Assembly: GCA_040390125.1 (NCBI GenBank) | Contig: JAZJYZ010000001.1 | Span: 506,396-570,395 of the forward strand | From: Patescibacteria group bacterium | GTDB lineage: Bacteria > Patescibacteriota > Minisyncoccia > Phycocordibacterales > Phycocordibacteraceae | Reading direction: 5' to 3' | Length of the DNA stretch: 64,000 nucleotides | Shown here: positions 37,897-47,346 of the stretch, in pieces | Position numbering within the stretch: position 1 is the first letter of the stretch | Layout of the letters: every line of letters begins with the position of its first letter | The notes under the pieces: model-generated | Database searches by the model: none | Seen by the model: only the letters and a program-made list of their open reading frames with translations | Told to the model about the DNA's origin: nothing | Made by a program: the position numbers and the translations under genes

Positions 37897-39249
37897 ATGG
37901 AAAGAATATTAATAAAAGAATTACCAGAGCATATTGGAAAGGAAGTATTTATCCAAGGATGGGTTGATGTACGCCGTGATCAGGGCAAGATGATCTTCTT
38001 CGATTTTCGTGACCGCTCTGGAAAGGTGCAGGGAGTAGTGTTGCCTGCAAGTTCTGCACTCGAAACTGCAAAAACACTCCGCCATGAGTATGTGGTTGAG
38101 GTAACTGCAAAAGTAAATGCACGTCCTACAAAAAATATAAACGAGAAAGTGCAAAACGGCACCATTGAACTTGAAGTGCTTGCAATCAACGTTTTGGCTG
38201 AGGCCGAAGCCTTGCCGTTTGATATGTCTGAGTCAGGATATAACCTCGACCTCACCACCGAGCTTGACCACCGTGCACTCACGCTTCGCCACTCACGTAA
38301 TCAAGCAATTTTCAAAATTCAGGCAGTCATTATTGACTCGTTCCGCGAATACATGAAGTCGCAAGATTTTCTTGAGTTTCAGGCGCCTTCCATTACTCCT
38401 GCTACCGCTGAAGGTGGGGCAGAGGTCTTTGAGGTTCAATATTTTGGTAAAAAAGCCTATCTCTCGCAGTCACCTCAGCTCTACAAGCAAATTGTAATGA
38501 CAGCGTTCGAGCGTGTCTTTTCCGTTAACAAGATATTCCGTGCAGAACCATCTGCCACCACTCGCCACCTCACAGAAGTTGTCTCGCTTGACGCAGAGTG
38601 GGCATTCATCAAGTCCTGGGAAGACATACGTGACATGTCTGAAAACACGGTGCGTTATATTTTAAAGCAATTGGGAGAGCGTTGTGCACATGAGCTTGAA
38701 TACCTCAAGGCAGAACTGCCAGTACTCATCGAACACACACCAACCATAACCTTAACGGAGGCACAGAATAAAATTTTTGCATTCAACGGACGAGACGTGC
38801 GTGGTGATAAAGATTTGAATGCAGAAGATGAACGAATTCTTTGCGAGATTGTTAAAGGCGAAACAGGCTCTGACTTCGTGTACGTGTATGGCTACCCAAC
38901 AAAACAAAAACCTTTTTATGTATACCCGAACCCTGAAAACCCTGAGTTCAATGAAGGGGTAGACCTACTCTGCCGTGGGCGAGAGTGGCTTTCTGGAGGA
39001 CGCCGTATCAATGACTACGCACAGCTTATGAAGCATGTGAAAGAGTGGGGAATGGACCCAGAAAAAATCAGTATGTTCCTTGAAGCGTTCCGCTACGGCG
39101 TACCACCCGAAGGAGGTTTTGCCTTTGGTGTTGAGCGAATGACCATGCAAATTCTAGGTCTTGAAAACATTCGTGAAGCAACTATGTTTCCTCGAGACAT
39201 GCACCGTATCGACTCCTCCTTAAACCAAACAGACTCCACTTCGAACTAG
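37897..39249 (+). CDS. aspS: aspartate--tRNA ligase, short archaeal-type (likely non-discriminating)
   Basis: OB fold, EGGA.VF, LSQSPQLYKQ, FRAE, SGGRRI; no GAD insertion. Confidence 0.9.
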   Translation: MERILIKELPEHIGKEVFIQGWVDVRRDQGKMIFFDFRDRSGKVQGVVLPASSALETAKTLRHEYVVEVTAKVNARPTKNINEKVQNGTIELEVLAINVLAEAEALPFDMSESGYNLDLTTELDHRALTLRHSRNQAIFKIQAVIIDSFREYMKSQDFLEFQAPSITPATAEGGAEVFEVQYFGKKAYLSQSPQLYKQIVMTAFERVFSVNKIFRAEPSATTRHLTEVVSLDAEWAFIKSWEDIRDMSENTVRYILKQLGERCAHELEYLKAELPVLIEHTPTITLTEAQNKIFAFNGRDVRGDKDLNAEDERILCEIVKGETGSDFVYVYGYPTKQKPFYVYPNPENPEFNEGVDLLCRGREWLSGGRRINDYAQLMKHVKEWGMDPEKISMFLEAFRYGVPPEGGFAFGVERMTMQILGLENIREATMFPRDMHRIDSSLNQTDSTSN

Positions 39250-39315
39250 ACTAAGGCGTTACTCTTTCCCCAAAGACACTTTAGAGGGGTGGTGATTTTT
39301 GGTAGAGTGTTAGGT

Positions 39316-39333
39316 GATATGATATATCATATC
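39316..39333. repeat. perfect 18-bp palindrome GATATGATATATCATATC
   Basis: Read directly upstream of the TrpR-like gene. Confidence 0.9.
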
Positions 39334-39369
39334 GGATATTACGGGTGGTAACTCGTTACATACAAAAGT

Positions 39370-39792
39370 ATGAAAGTACAGGCAAAAAATTTGAATGACA
39401 CAGATAGAATAAAAATTCTTGACGCACTGTACACGTCTGCTGGTTCCCTCAAGGGGCGTGACGCCATGAAAGCTTTTCTTAAGGACCTCCTAACTGAAAG
39501 TGAACGCATTATGCTGGGGAGACGCATACTCATCGCTCAAGGTCTACTTGAAGGGAAAAGCAGTAGGACGATTTCAGAAGAGATGGGGGTTGGTTTAGAC
39601 ACCGTAGGAAAGGTAGAGCGATGGCTTCAAGATCAGATGCCTGGATATGAAAAAGCAATTACAGGAATGAATCGTGCTTTCGATCAACGGTTAAAGCAAG
39701 CTGAGTCAAAAAAGAATTGGAAAAACTTAAAACGGAAATACCCACTTCATTTTCTTCTTTTCAATATTGCTGACAAACTAAAAAACAAGTGA
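39370..39792 (+). CDS. TrpR-like (YerC/YecD) HTH protein
   Basis: FLKDLLTESERIMLGRR..IA..L..G.S...I....GV...TV. Confidence 0.88.
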   Translation: MKVQAKNLNDTDRIKILDALYTSAGSLKGRDAMKAFLKDLLTESERIMLGRRILIAQGLLEGKSSRTISEEMGVGLDTVGKVERWLQDQMPGYEKAITGMNRAFDQRLKQAESKKNWKNLKRKYPLHFLLFNIADKLKNK

Positions 39793-39832
39793 TTTGATAT
39801 ATCATATCACTGATATGATATATCAAATCACT
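39788..39832. repeat. perfect 22-bp-arm inverted repeat made of two copies of the GATATGATATATCATATC-like motif
   Basis: agtgatttgatatatcatatca-c-tgatatgatatatcaaatcact. Confidence 0.92.
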
Positions 39833-39871
39833 CGTTAAAAGTAAGGGGGGATACTAATAAAGCGGGGAGGA

Positions 39872-40774
39872 TTAAGGCAGTTCAGGTTTAAGAGAATTTT
39901 CTGCCTTTTTTAAATGTGTCCACATTTTGAAAAGATCGGGCACTCTATTTTCAGACATTCTTTTCCCTGCGTTTGGGGTGTATTGAATATGCCATGGCTC
40001 AACTAAAACCCCATCGCCACCAGTAGTGGACTGCAAGTATGTACGGTTTGGAAAGAAAGGCAACCAAAAACCAAAAGAAGGAGCATGCTTCAAAAGCCAA
40101 TCAAATTCCATTGTTTCTTCGAATCCGATATCTCTACCGTCCGCTCGCTTTGTTTTTCCGTATGAATCACCAATATTGTTTATATCAAAAGCACAGTGTT
40201 CATAATTAGCGTGCTGAGACGTTCCTGGTAGAGCAACGCTTTGCAGTGTTTTACGAATGCCTCTTTCTAAAATAGTGCGTGCGAATATGCCGATTTGGTA
40301 ATAAGGAGACCTGTAGGCAGACTGTAAAATAAGCCCTGGTCTTTTATATGCTCCAACATCCCAATATTTCTCCAAATCTGCATCATATGCATTTTGCATT
40401 TTCGTAAGACTAGGAAGAATATGTTTCGGTACATATTTAGGGAGAGGGCGACGTGTTTTTCCATCTGCACCACGATACGGGGCATCTATAATCTCAAAGT
40501 CTTTAGGAGGATGAACGTCACCAAAATCACGTAGCCCCGTGAGTGCGAGTATACGATTAAAGACTGTATCAACGGCTGAGTTTTCCCGTTGGAGACGTTT
40601 CATGTCGTTTCTATTAGCTAAGGACATATATACGCCTTCGTCCATTTTTGCTTTGATATGTGACGACGCCTCTGCAATGATTCCATCTTTCTCATCGCTC
40701 TCAAACAGAGCAATAATCCTTTCTGTTTTTGGTCTCCGTATCTCCGATTTCAAGACGTTTTTTGATTCGTTCAC
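39872..40774 (-). CDS. M15B (VanY-like) carboxypeptidase family protein
   Basis: SAYRS, PGTSQH...AFDI, EPWH. Confidence 0.85.
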   Translation of the reverse strand: MNESKNVLKSEIRRPKTERIIALFESDEKDGIIAEASSHIKAKMDEGVYMSLANRNDMKRLQRENSAVDTVFNRILALTGLRDFGDVHPPKDFEIIDAPYRGADGKTRRPLPKYVPKHILPSLTKMQNAYDADLEKYWDVGAYKRPGLILQSAYRSPYYQIGIFARTILERGIRKTLQSVALPGTSQHANYEHCAFDINNIGDSYGKTKRADGRDIGFEETMEFDWLLKHAPSFGFWLPFFPNRTYLQSTTGGDGVLVEPWHIQYTPNAGKRMSENRVPDLFKMWTHLKKAENSLKPELP

Positions 40775-40858
40775 TCAATACATACGCTACCTCAGCGTGT
40801 TTGGTTTCAAACTGAAATCGGTTCTAACCTCCGTGAGATAGGAGAGAGGGGAGCGCAA

Positions 40859-42250
40859 CTAGGCGGTTTCAATGAGGCGAACCAGAAGACGAACAGGGGT
40901 GCCGGTGGCACCTTTTGCGAGCATATCGTCAGGAATAGACTCCATACGTGGAGCAATATCAATGTGTGCCCATTGAGGAAGATTTTCAGCAAATTGTGCT
41001 AAGAATGTACCACCGTTTATAGTTCCACCCCCTGGTTTGCCAATGGTAGCGTTTGCAAGGTCAGCGTGAATACCTCGCACTTCTGCTTCATATTCCTTCC
41101 AAAGGGGAAGTGGCCAGACGTATTCTCCGGATTTTTCTCCTAGGTCACGAAGTAAGGTTTCCAAATGTGGCGTACGGGTCATTATTGCTGAGGCACGTTT
41201 ACCAAGAGCCACCAGAGCAGCACCGGTCAGGGTTGCCACATCAATCACCAGACGAGGTTTGTAACGCTCTGAATACGTGAGTGCATCACCAAGAATAAGC
41301 CTGCCTTCAGCGTCGGTATTAAAAATTTCAACGGTTTTACCATTCATCGCACGAAGTATGTCGCCAGGGCGGTATGCAGAACCTGAAACTGCATTTTCAA
41401 CGGCAGGAACAAGAGCTATTACATTTTTCTTAAGCTTCATTTTTGCGACGATGGCAACAGTAGCTATCACCGCAGCTCCACCCGCCATGTCATGATTCAT
41501 GCCCATCAACGCATCGGAAGGCTTCAGGTTGATTCCTCCTGTATCAAACGTAATTCCTTTACCTACAAGAACTATTGGTTTTTCTTTGCTTGTTTTTCCA
41601 GCTCCCCAATACTCAACAATAATAAACTTAGGTTCTTCTACGGAGCCTTTGGCTACTCCCAAAATAAGACCCATCTTGAGCTTCTTTATTTCGCCGAGAG
41701 GCAACACGGTGACCGTTGCGGATGTGCCTTTTAGTTGACGCTTAGCGTCGCTCGCAAGAATAGTAGGAGTCATGTCGCCCCCGGGAGTATTTGCCAAGTC
41801 ACGACAATAATTTATTTCTCCTCCGATAATTTGCCCCTCTTTAAATCCACGCTTGGCATCTGCGTTTGCACCTCGTATAAAAATTGTTTTTACGCTGGCA
41901 AAACCTTCTTTTGGTGGAGTTTTATATGTACGAAACTCGTAGTTAGCCATTTCAAAATTTTCCGCCAGAATACGCCCAAGTTCGTAGTCAGAAATGTCTT
42001 TAGTGCCTCCAAATTGGAAGTCAGTAAAAGAAACAGCAAGAGTGTTAAATCTGTGTTCGTTAGCGGTTCGTACAACCTTGCGTGCGATGGTTACGAGTTT
42101 TCTCCGTGTTACTTCGTCGGCTTTGCCGACACCAATCTTAAGCACTGAGATACCTTTTCCGTCTTCGACTACTTTTGTTATTTCGCCTGCGACCAGGTCA
42201 ACAGACACAGCACCTTTAGGATCAGTGAATTCTATTTTCATATGCCCCAT
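40859..42250 (-). CDS. pepA: leucyl aminopeptidase, M17 family (likely start 42241)
   Basis: GKGITFDTGG, DMAG, NTDAEGRL, ATLTGA. Confidence 0.95.
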   Translation of the reverse strand: MGHMKIEFTDPKGAVSVDLVAGEITKVVEDGKGISVLKIGVGKADEVTRRKLVTIARKVVRTANEHRFNTLAVSFTDFQFGGTKDISDYELGRILAENFEMANYEFRTYKTPPKEGFASVKTIFIRGANADAKRGFKEGQIIGGEINYCRDLANTPGGDMTPTILASDAKRQLKGTSATVTVLPLGEIKKLKMGLILGVAKGSVEEPKFIIVEYWGAGKTSKEKPIVLVGKGITFDTGGINLKPSDALMGMNHDMAGGAAVIATVAIVAKMKLKKNVIALVPAVENAVSGSAYRPGDILRAMNGKTVEIFNTDAEGRLILGDALTYSERYKPRLVIDVATLTGAALVALGKRASAIMTRTPHLETLLRDLGEKSGEYVWPLPLWKEYEAEVRGIHADLANATIGKPGGGTINGGTFLAQFAENLPQWAHIDIAPRMESIPDDMLAKGATGTPVRLLVRLIETA

Positions 42251-42311
42251 TCTATCTCAAAATACAAAAACACGCTTAGGAACGATCAATTTCCTACTAC
42301 AACAAAAAAAC

Positions 42312-42413
42312 CTATTTTGCGTAACGACAACTCGGATGGTGCCCGACCTCGAATTCACATACAGGACATCTTTTTGTTGCCATTTCAGTTGCTGTTATTC
42401 GCTCTTTTGACAT
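42312..42413 (-). CDS. candidate 33-aa zinc-finger micro-protein; not in the ORF track
   Basis: MSKERITATEMATKRCPVCEFEVGHHPSCRYAK*. Confidence 0.4.
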   Translation of the reverse strand: MSKERITATEMATKRCPVCEFEVGHHPSCRYAK

Positions 42414-42451
42414 GTTTTCTAAAATATTAATTTTGAATAATTTCGACCTCC

Positions 42452-42479
42452 AAAAAAGACCCCTCCGGAGAGGGGTCTT
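42452..42479 (-). terminator. intrinsic terminator
   Basis: aagacccctc/gaggggtctt stem with T run on the minus strand. Confidence 0.7.
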
Positions 42480-42696
42480 AGGTTCTGGCTTTGTTAGTTT
42501 GTCGCACTACGCCATTCCGAAGACCCCTCTTGTAGAAAGAAGGTGGACGACGAGAATGCCTGGTGATGTGCATCGTTGCGACATGTTCTTAGTCTCTCAC
42601 TATCAGGGTATTTGTCAAGAATGGGTGTGGAATTCTGGCTAAAGATAGGCGTACTAATGAGAAAGATAAAATTTCCCCCATGATATAGTTACTCTC

Positions 42697-43422
42697 GTGG
42701 AAAACTCTTTCAGCATTAAAACACCGCAGTTTGAGGGTCCTTTGGAGCTACTGTTGAACCTAATCGAGGAGCGCAAGCTCCTGATTTCTGATATTTCACT
42801 TTCACAAGTCGCCGATGATTTCTTGGGGTACATCCAAAAGCAAGTCGCATTTCCTATAGGGCAGGCAGCTCATTTCATACTTGTGGGTGCAACGCTCCTG
42901 CTTCTAAAATCTCGTTCTCTTCTGCCAGTTTTGTCTCTCACCAAAGAAGAAGAGGGAGACGTAAAAGATCTCGAGCTCCGTCTTGCCCTCTACCAAGTAT
43001 TTCGAAATGCGGCTCGAGGCATAAGCACGTTACGCTCACGAATGTTTTTCGGTCAAGGCTCTCGCATAGTGGATCCAATTTTTACTCCCTCAAAAGATTT
43101 ATCACTCGATGCAGTACAAGAAGCAGTGAGACGTGCACTTCTTAGTGCACCCCAGGAAACAAAGCGAGACGAAGTAGCAGTGAAATCTGTTATATCTCTT
43201 GAGGACATGATCGACAGACTATCCGGGAGGATTGAAAAAGCAATACAAATGACATTTCGTGATTTTGCAGGCACACACACAGCGGACAAACGAGAAGTAG
43301 TGGTTGGTTTTCTTGCAATGCTAGAACTTTTCAAACGAGGGTTACTTTTGGTTGAGCAAGAGCAAACCTTTGGTGAAATTGCGATTGCATATAATGGTGT
43401 TGCAAAAACTCCTCGATTTTAA
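42697..43422 (+). CDS. scpA: segregation and condensation protein A
   Basis: FEGPLELLLNLI, LKSRSLLP, FLAMLEL. Confidence 0.95.
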   Translation: MENSFSIKTPQFEGPLELLLNLIEERKLLISDISLSQVADDFLGYIQKQVAFPIGQAAHFILVGATLLLLKSRSLLPVLSLTKEEEGDVKDLELRLALYQVFRNAARGISTLRSRMFFGQGSRIVDPIFTPSKDLSLDAVQEAVRRALLSAPQETKRDEVAVKSVISLEDMIDRLSGRIEKAIQMTFRDFAGTHTADKREVVVGFLAMLELFKRGLLLVEQEQTFGEIAIAYNGVAKTPRF

Positions 43423-43430
43423 TATCAGAT

Positions 43431-44015
43431 ATGCCACAAAAAACTGCAATTGAAATAGAAATTGAGTCAGCCTTATTTTTCCGAGGCGGTGCCATAACCG
43501 TAAAAGAACTTGCAGTGCAAATGGGTCTTTCAAAGGAGGAGTTAGAAAACGGTATCACGAGCCTCACTATGTCTCTCGAGGGCAGAGGTATACGGGTAGT
43601 ACGTGAAGGAGAAACCGTTGCTCTGGCAACTGCACCAGAAACACATGAGCTTATTGAAAAAATGCGTCGAGAGGAACTAGAGGGCCCTCTAGGAAAGGCA
43701 GGGCTCGAAACCATTAGCATCATCATCTTTCGTGGTCCAGTTTCTCGTTCCGACGTTGAATATATACGTGGTGTGAATTGTTCTTCAATACTCCGTTCAC
43801 TTCTCATCCGAGGATTAATAGAGCGTGTTGAAAATCCGAACGATAAACGAAGCTTTTTGTATCGTGCCACGCCAGAATTACCCGCCTACCTTGGTGTGGG
43901 CTCGCTTGCTGAAATTCCAGGCTATACAGAAACCCGTGCGAACATCGACACAGTGTTCAGCGCACGTGATGCAGTAACTAGTTTGGAAGAAGAAACTCCT
44001 ACAGAAAATTCATGA
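43431..44015 (+). CDS. scpB: segregation and condensation protein B
   Basis: IESALF, LETISII...PVSRSDVEYIRGVN. Confidence 0.95.
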   Translation: MPQKTAIEIEIESALFFRGGAITVKELAVQMGLSKEELENGITSLTMSLEGRGIRVVREGETVALATAPETHELIEKMRREELEGPLGKAGLETISIIIFRGPVSRSDVEYIRGVNCSSILRSLLIRGLIERVENPNDKRSFLYRATPELPAYLGVGSLAEIPGYTETRANIDTVFSARDAVTSLEEETPTENS

Positions 44016-44947
44016 ATGCAAACACTCGCCTCAATATACTTTCAGTTGTCATCGTACTTGTGTGCGGGGCAATCGTCGTCTCGGCGTGGCCATTAATTTT
44101 TCAAGAGCCTCAGTCTGCTCGTGTATCTGCGTCGGTCTTTTGTGCCAATCTTTCACCACAGCTCTCCTTAACGGGACGGGCAGCGTATGCCGAGGATATG
44201 ACGACTGGAAAAGTGCTTTACGGGAAAAACGCCGACGTACAACTTCCATTAGCGTCTTTAACCAAACTCATGACAGTACTCACGGCCTCTGACACGCTTG
44301 GGAGCAACGACATAGTTGTCATTTCGGAAGAGTCTCTCAGCCCAGAGGGGGACTCAGGTTTAACTCAAGGTGAGCGTTGGCATGTTAAAGATTTAATAGA
44401 TTTCACTCTACTCACTTCCTCGAACGACGGTGCGCATGCACTTGCTGTTGCAACACAGGCGAAAACCAAAGGCACCCCAGAAGTATTCATACAACGAATG
44501 AATGAGAAAGCTTTCTCACTCGGAATGGTGCAAACATATTTTGCGGATGACACTGGTCTTGATATCTCGGAAAATACTGCAGGTGCATATGGCTCGGCAA
44601 GAGATATAGGAAAACTATTTTCTTATGTCGCACGCACGCACCCTAATCTCATCGAGGCAACTACCGCTCCGTCGGGCACTTTTTTGTCCCTCGACAACAT
44701 AGCCCATAAGGGGAAAAACACGAGTAGCGTAATTACGGCTCTCTCTGGTGCAATAGGCTCGAAAACCGGATTTACTGATATTGCTGGAGGAAATCTTGCG
44801 GTAATTTTTGAACCATTGCCCGGACGAGCGGTAGTGGCAGTAATTTTAGGTTCAACGAGAGATGGAAGAGATACCGACATGGTAACTCTCGCAAACGCTC
44901 TAAAAATAAGCCTGAAACGGGATATACTCTGCACAAGCGATATTTAG
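44012..44947 (+). CDS. D-alanyl-D-alanine carboxypeptidase (S11)
   Basis: ASLTK, SSN, KTG motifs. Confidence 0.92.
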   Translation: MNANTRLNILSVVIVLVCGAIVVSAWPLIFQEPQSARVSASVFCANLSPQLSLTGRAAYAEDMTTGKVLYGKNADVQLPLASLTKLMTVLTASDTLGSNDIVVISEESLSPEGDSGLTQGERWHVKDLIDFTLLTSSNDGAHALAVATQAKTKGTPEVFIQRMNEKAFSLGMVQTYFADDTGLDISENTAGAYGSARDIGKLFSYVARTHPNLIEATTAPSGTFLSLDNIAHKGKNTSSVITALSGAIGSKTGFTDIAGGNLAVIFEPLPGRAVVAVILGSTRDGRDTDMVTLANALKISLKRDILCTSDI

Positions 44948-44949
44948 AA

Positions 44950-45030
44950 AGTAGAGGGTAGAATGTAGAATATTGCATACACAAAAAATTATGAATTTTT
45001 CTACCCTCTACCCACTACGCTCTACTATCT
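44950..45030. repeat. heptamer array with inverted arms (GTAGAGG / CTACCCT type)
   Basis: Between the S11 peptidase gene and mraY. Confidence 0.8.
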
Positions 45031-45038
45031 AATTCACA

Positions 45039-46103
45039 ATGATCATCGATCTTCTAAAAGTTTTTGCCCCATCCATATTCGCTTTTTGGATAGGTATAGC
45101 TATTGCACCGATTCTTACACACTACCTTTTTAAATATCGTATATGGAAAAAAAAGTCTGGCAAAAAAGCTCTTGATGGAAAGGTAGCCGTTGAGTTCGGT
45201 AAGCTCCATGGAGAAAACGAAACGAAAACACCTCGCATGGGAGGCATTTTGGTGTGGGCATCCGTTATCCTCACAATAGCTTTGGTGTGGATTCTTCAAT
45301 ACATATTTCCTAACTCCGCTACAACAAAACTTTCATTCCTTTCTCGATCACAAACATGGATACCTTTCACTACACTTATTCTTGGTGCTTTAGTTGGTCT
45401 CGTTAATGATATTCTTGATGTAGTTGACCGTCACGGTGAAAAGGGGATTCCACTCCGTATTCGGCTAGTTTTCGTGGCAGGCCTTTCTTTCTGTATTGGG
45501 TGGTGGTTTTACGCAAAACTTGGTGTAACGGCTATCAGTATGCCCTTCGGAGACCCACTCTATATAGGATGGCTCGTCATACCCTTGTTTATGCTCGTTT
45601 CTTTATTTCTCTATGCTTCAGGGGTCATCGATGGCATTGATGGGTTGTCGGGTGCTGTCTTTGCTTCTATATTTTCGGCATACGCATTCATTGCTTTTCA
45701 CCAAAATCAAATAGACCTCGCAGCTTTCTGCGCAACCGTTGTGGGTGCTCTTCTAGCATTCTTGTGGTTCAACGTACCTCCTGCCAGATTTTGGATGACC
45801 GAAACGGGCACAATGGGGCTCACTCTTACCGTTGGTGCTATAGCATTTATGACCGATACACTCGGGGAAGGGAAAGGTCTTTCTGCTCTGCCAATTATTG
45901 CGTTTCTTCTCGTCATTACTGTATTCTCAAATATCATCCAAGTACTTTCAAAAAAAATATTTAAGAAAAAAGTATTTAAAATTGCTCCTCTTCACCACCA
46001 CTTCGAAGCTATTGGGTGGCCTGGGTACAAGGTAACTATGCGCTATTGGATTCTTTCTATAATCCTCGCTATTCTTGGGGTTTCACTTGCACTTATTCCC
46101 TAA
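45039..46103 (+). CDS. mraY: phospho-N-acetylmuramoyl-pentapeptide transferase
   Basis: KTPRMGG, DGIDGL, FLWFNVPPA, APLHHHFE. Confidence 0.95.
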   Translation: MIIDLLKVFAPSIFAFWIGIAIAPILTHYLFKYRIWKKKSGKKALDGKVAVEFGKLHGENETKTPRMGGILVWASVILTIALVWILQYIFPNSATTKLSFLSRSQTWIPFTTLILGALVGLVNDILDVVDRHGEKGIPLRIRLVFVAGLSFCIGWWFYAKLGVTAISMPFGDPLYIGWLVIPLFMLVSLFLYASGVIDGIDGLSGAVFASIFSAYAFIAFHQNQIDLAAFCATVVGALLAFLWFNVPPARFWMTETGTMGLTLTVGAIAFMTDTLGEGKGLSALPIIAFLLVITVFSNIIQVLSKKIFKKKVFKIAPLHHHFEAIGWPGYKVTMRYWILSIILAILGVSLALIP

Positions 46104-46106
46104 TCT

Positions 46107-47213
46107 ATGGCGGGGCACACACGCAAGTCTCCTGACAGAATACTTCTTATAACCCTACTTGTGCTCGTAGTAAGTGGGCTTTTTATATTTCTCTCTGCGT
46201 CACTTGGGCTACTCGCATACGACGGAGCCCAGTTTTCAAACGTCGCACGAAGTCAAATTGTTTTAGGGCTTGGCGGGGGACTTATAGCATTCTTTTTTTG
46301 TATGGCGGTTCCATACCGTGTATGGCGTCGCTTCTCTCTGTACATATTCGGAGTGTCTATTGTGCTCACCTTACTCGTGTTTGTGCCTCACTTAGGCCTC
46401 GAATTAAATGGTGCACGCAGATGGATTAAGCTCGGGCCACTTACAGTACAAACTTCAGAGTTTTTAAAAATTGGCTACATTCTCTACCTTGCCACATGGT
46501 TTTCAATGGCAAAATCAAAAATAAATACGTTAACTCATGGACTTATACCTTTTGTTATTATCACTGCTATAACTGCCGGAGCGCTTCTTTTACAACCAGA
46601 CACAGATACATTCATTGTTATTGCAGTTGCAGGTGGTGCCATGTTCATGGCAGCGGGAGCACGATTTCGAGATTTAGCGCTTTTGGTAGTAGCGGGCATT
46701 TTAGGTCTTGCAGTACTTGTTTTTTTCCGACCCTACCTCGCTGACAGAGTCACTACGTTCTTGAATCCGAGTAGCGACCCTCGAGGTTCAAGCTACCAGG
46801 TGCAACAATCGTTACTTGCAGTGGGGGCAGGGGAGATGTTTGGGCGTGGCTTTGGTCAGAGTATCCAAAAATTTGGCAAACTTCCTGAACCCATTTCTGA
46901 CTCAATATTTTCCGTGTTCGCAGAAGAATTTGGCTTTGTTGGGGGGTTGGCACTGTTACTAGTCTATATAACATTTGCCCTACGGGGACTCTGGGTTGCC
47001 GCTCGTGCGCCAGACTTGTTTGGAGGATTAGTCGCTGTGGGCATCGTTGTATTAATTACTTCGCAGTGTTTCCTTAACATTGGTGCCATGCTTGCACTCG
47101 TTCCTCTTTCGGGGTTGCCATTAGTATTCGTGTCTCATGGAGGTACGGCACTTTTAACGGCTTTAGGTGCTGCAGGTATCTTGATGTCAGTTTCCCGTTC
47201 AATTAAGAGCTAG
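46107..47213 (+). CDS. ftsW: SEDS protein FtsW
   Basis: GARRWI, SEFLK, LQPD, YQVQQS, LPEPISDSIF...EEFG; located between mraY and murG. Confidence 0.92.
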   Translation: MAGHTRKSPDRILLITLLVLVVSGLFIFLSASLGLLAYDGAQFSNVARSQIVLGLGGGLIAFFFCMAVPYRVWRRFSLYIFGVSIVLTLLVFVPHLGLELNGARRWIKLGPLTVQTSEFLKIGYILYLATWFSMAKSKINTLTHGLIPFVIITAITAGALLLQPDTDTFIVIAVAGGAMFMAAGARFRDLALLVVAGILGLAVLVFFRPYLADRVTTFLNPSSDPRGSSYQVQQSLLAVGAGEMFGRGFGQSIQKFGKLPEPISDSIFSVFAEEFGFVGGLALLLVYITFALRGLWVAARAPDLFGGLVAVGIVVLITSQCFLNIGAMLALVPLSGLPLVFVSHGGTALLTALGAAGILMSVSRSIKS

Positions 47214-47222
47214 GTGATGGAA

Positions 47223-47318
47223 AGTAGAGAGTGGAGAGTGGGTTATAGGAAATAGTTAGGAGGGGATGAAGGATGTGAGGTTCTACCCACTACTCTCCAA
47301 TCTCTAACTACTAGTTTC
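47223..47318. repeat. heptamer array with inverted arms (AGTAGAG type)
   Basis: Between ftsW and murG. Confidence 0.75.
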
Positions 47319-47346
47319 TAAACACTCTTAGACTTATACTTTGGAT

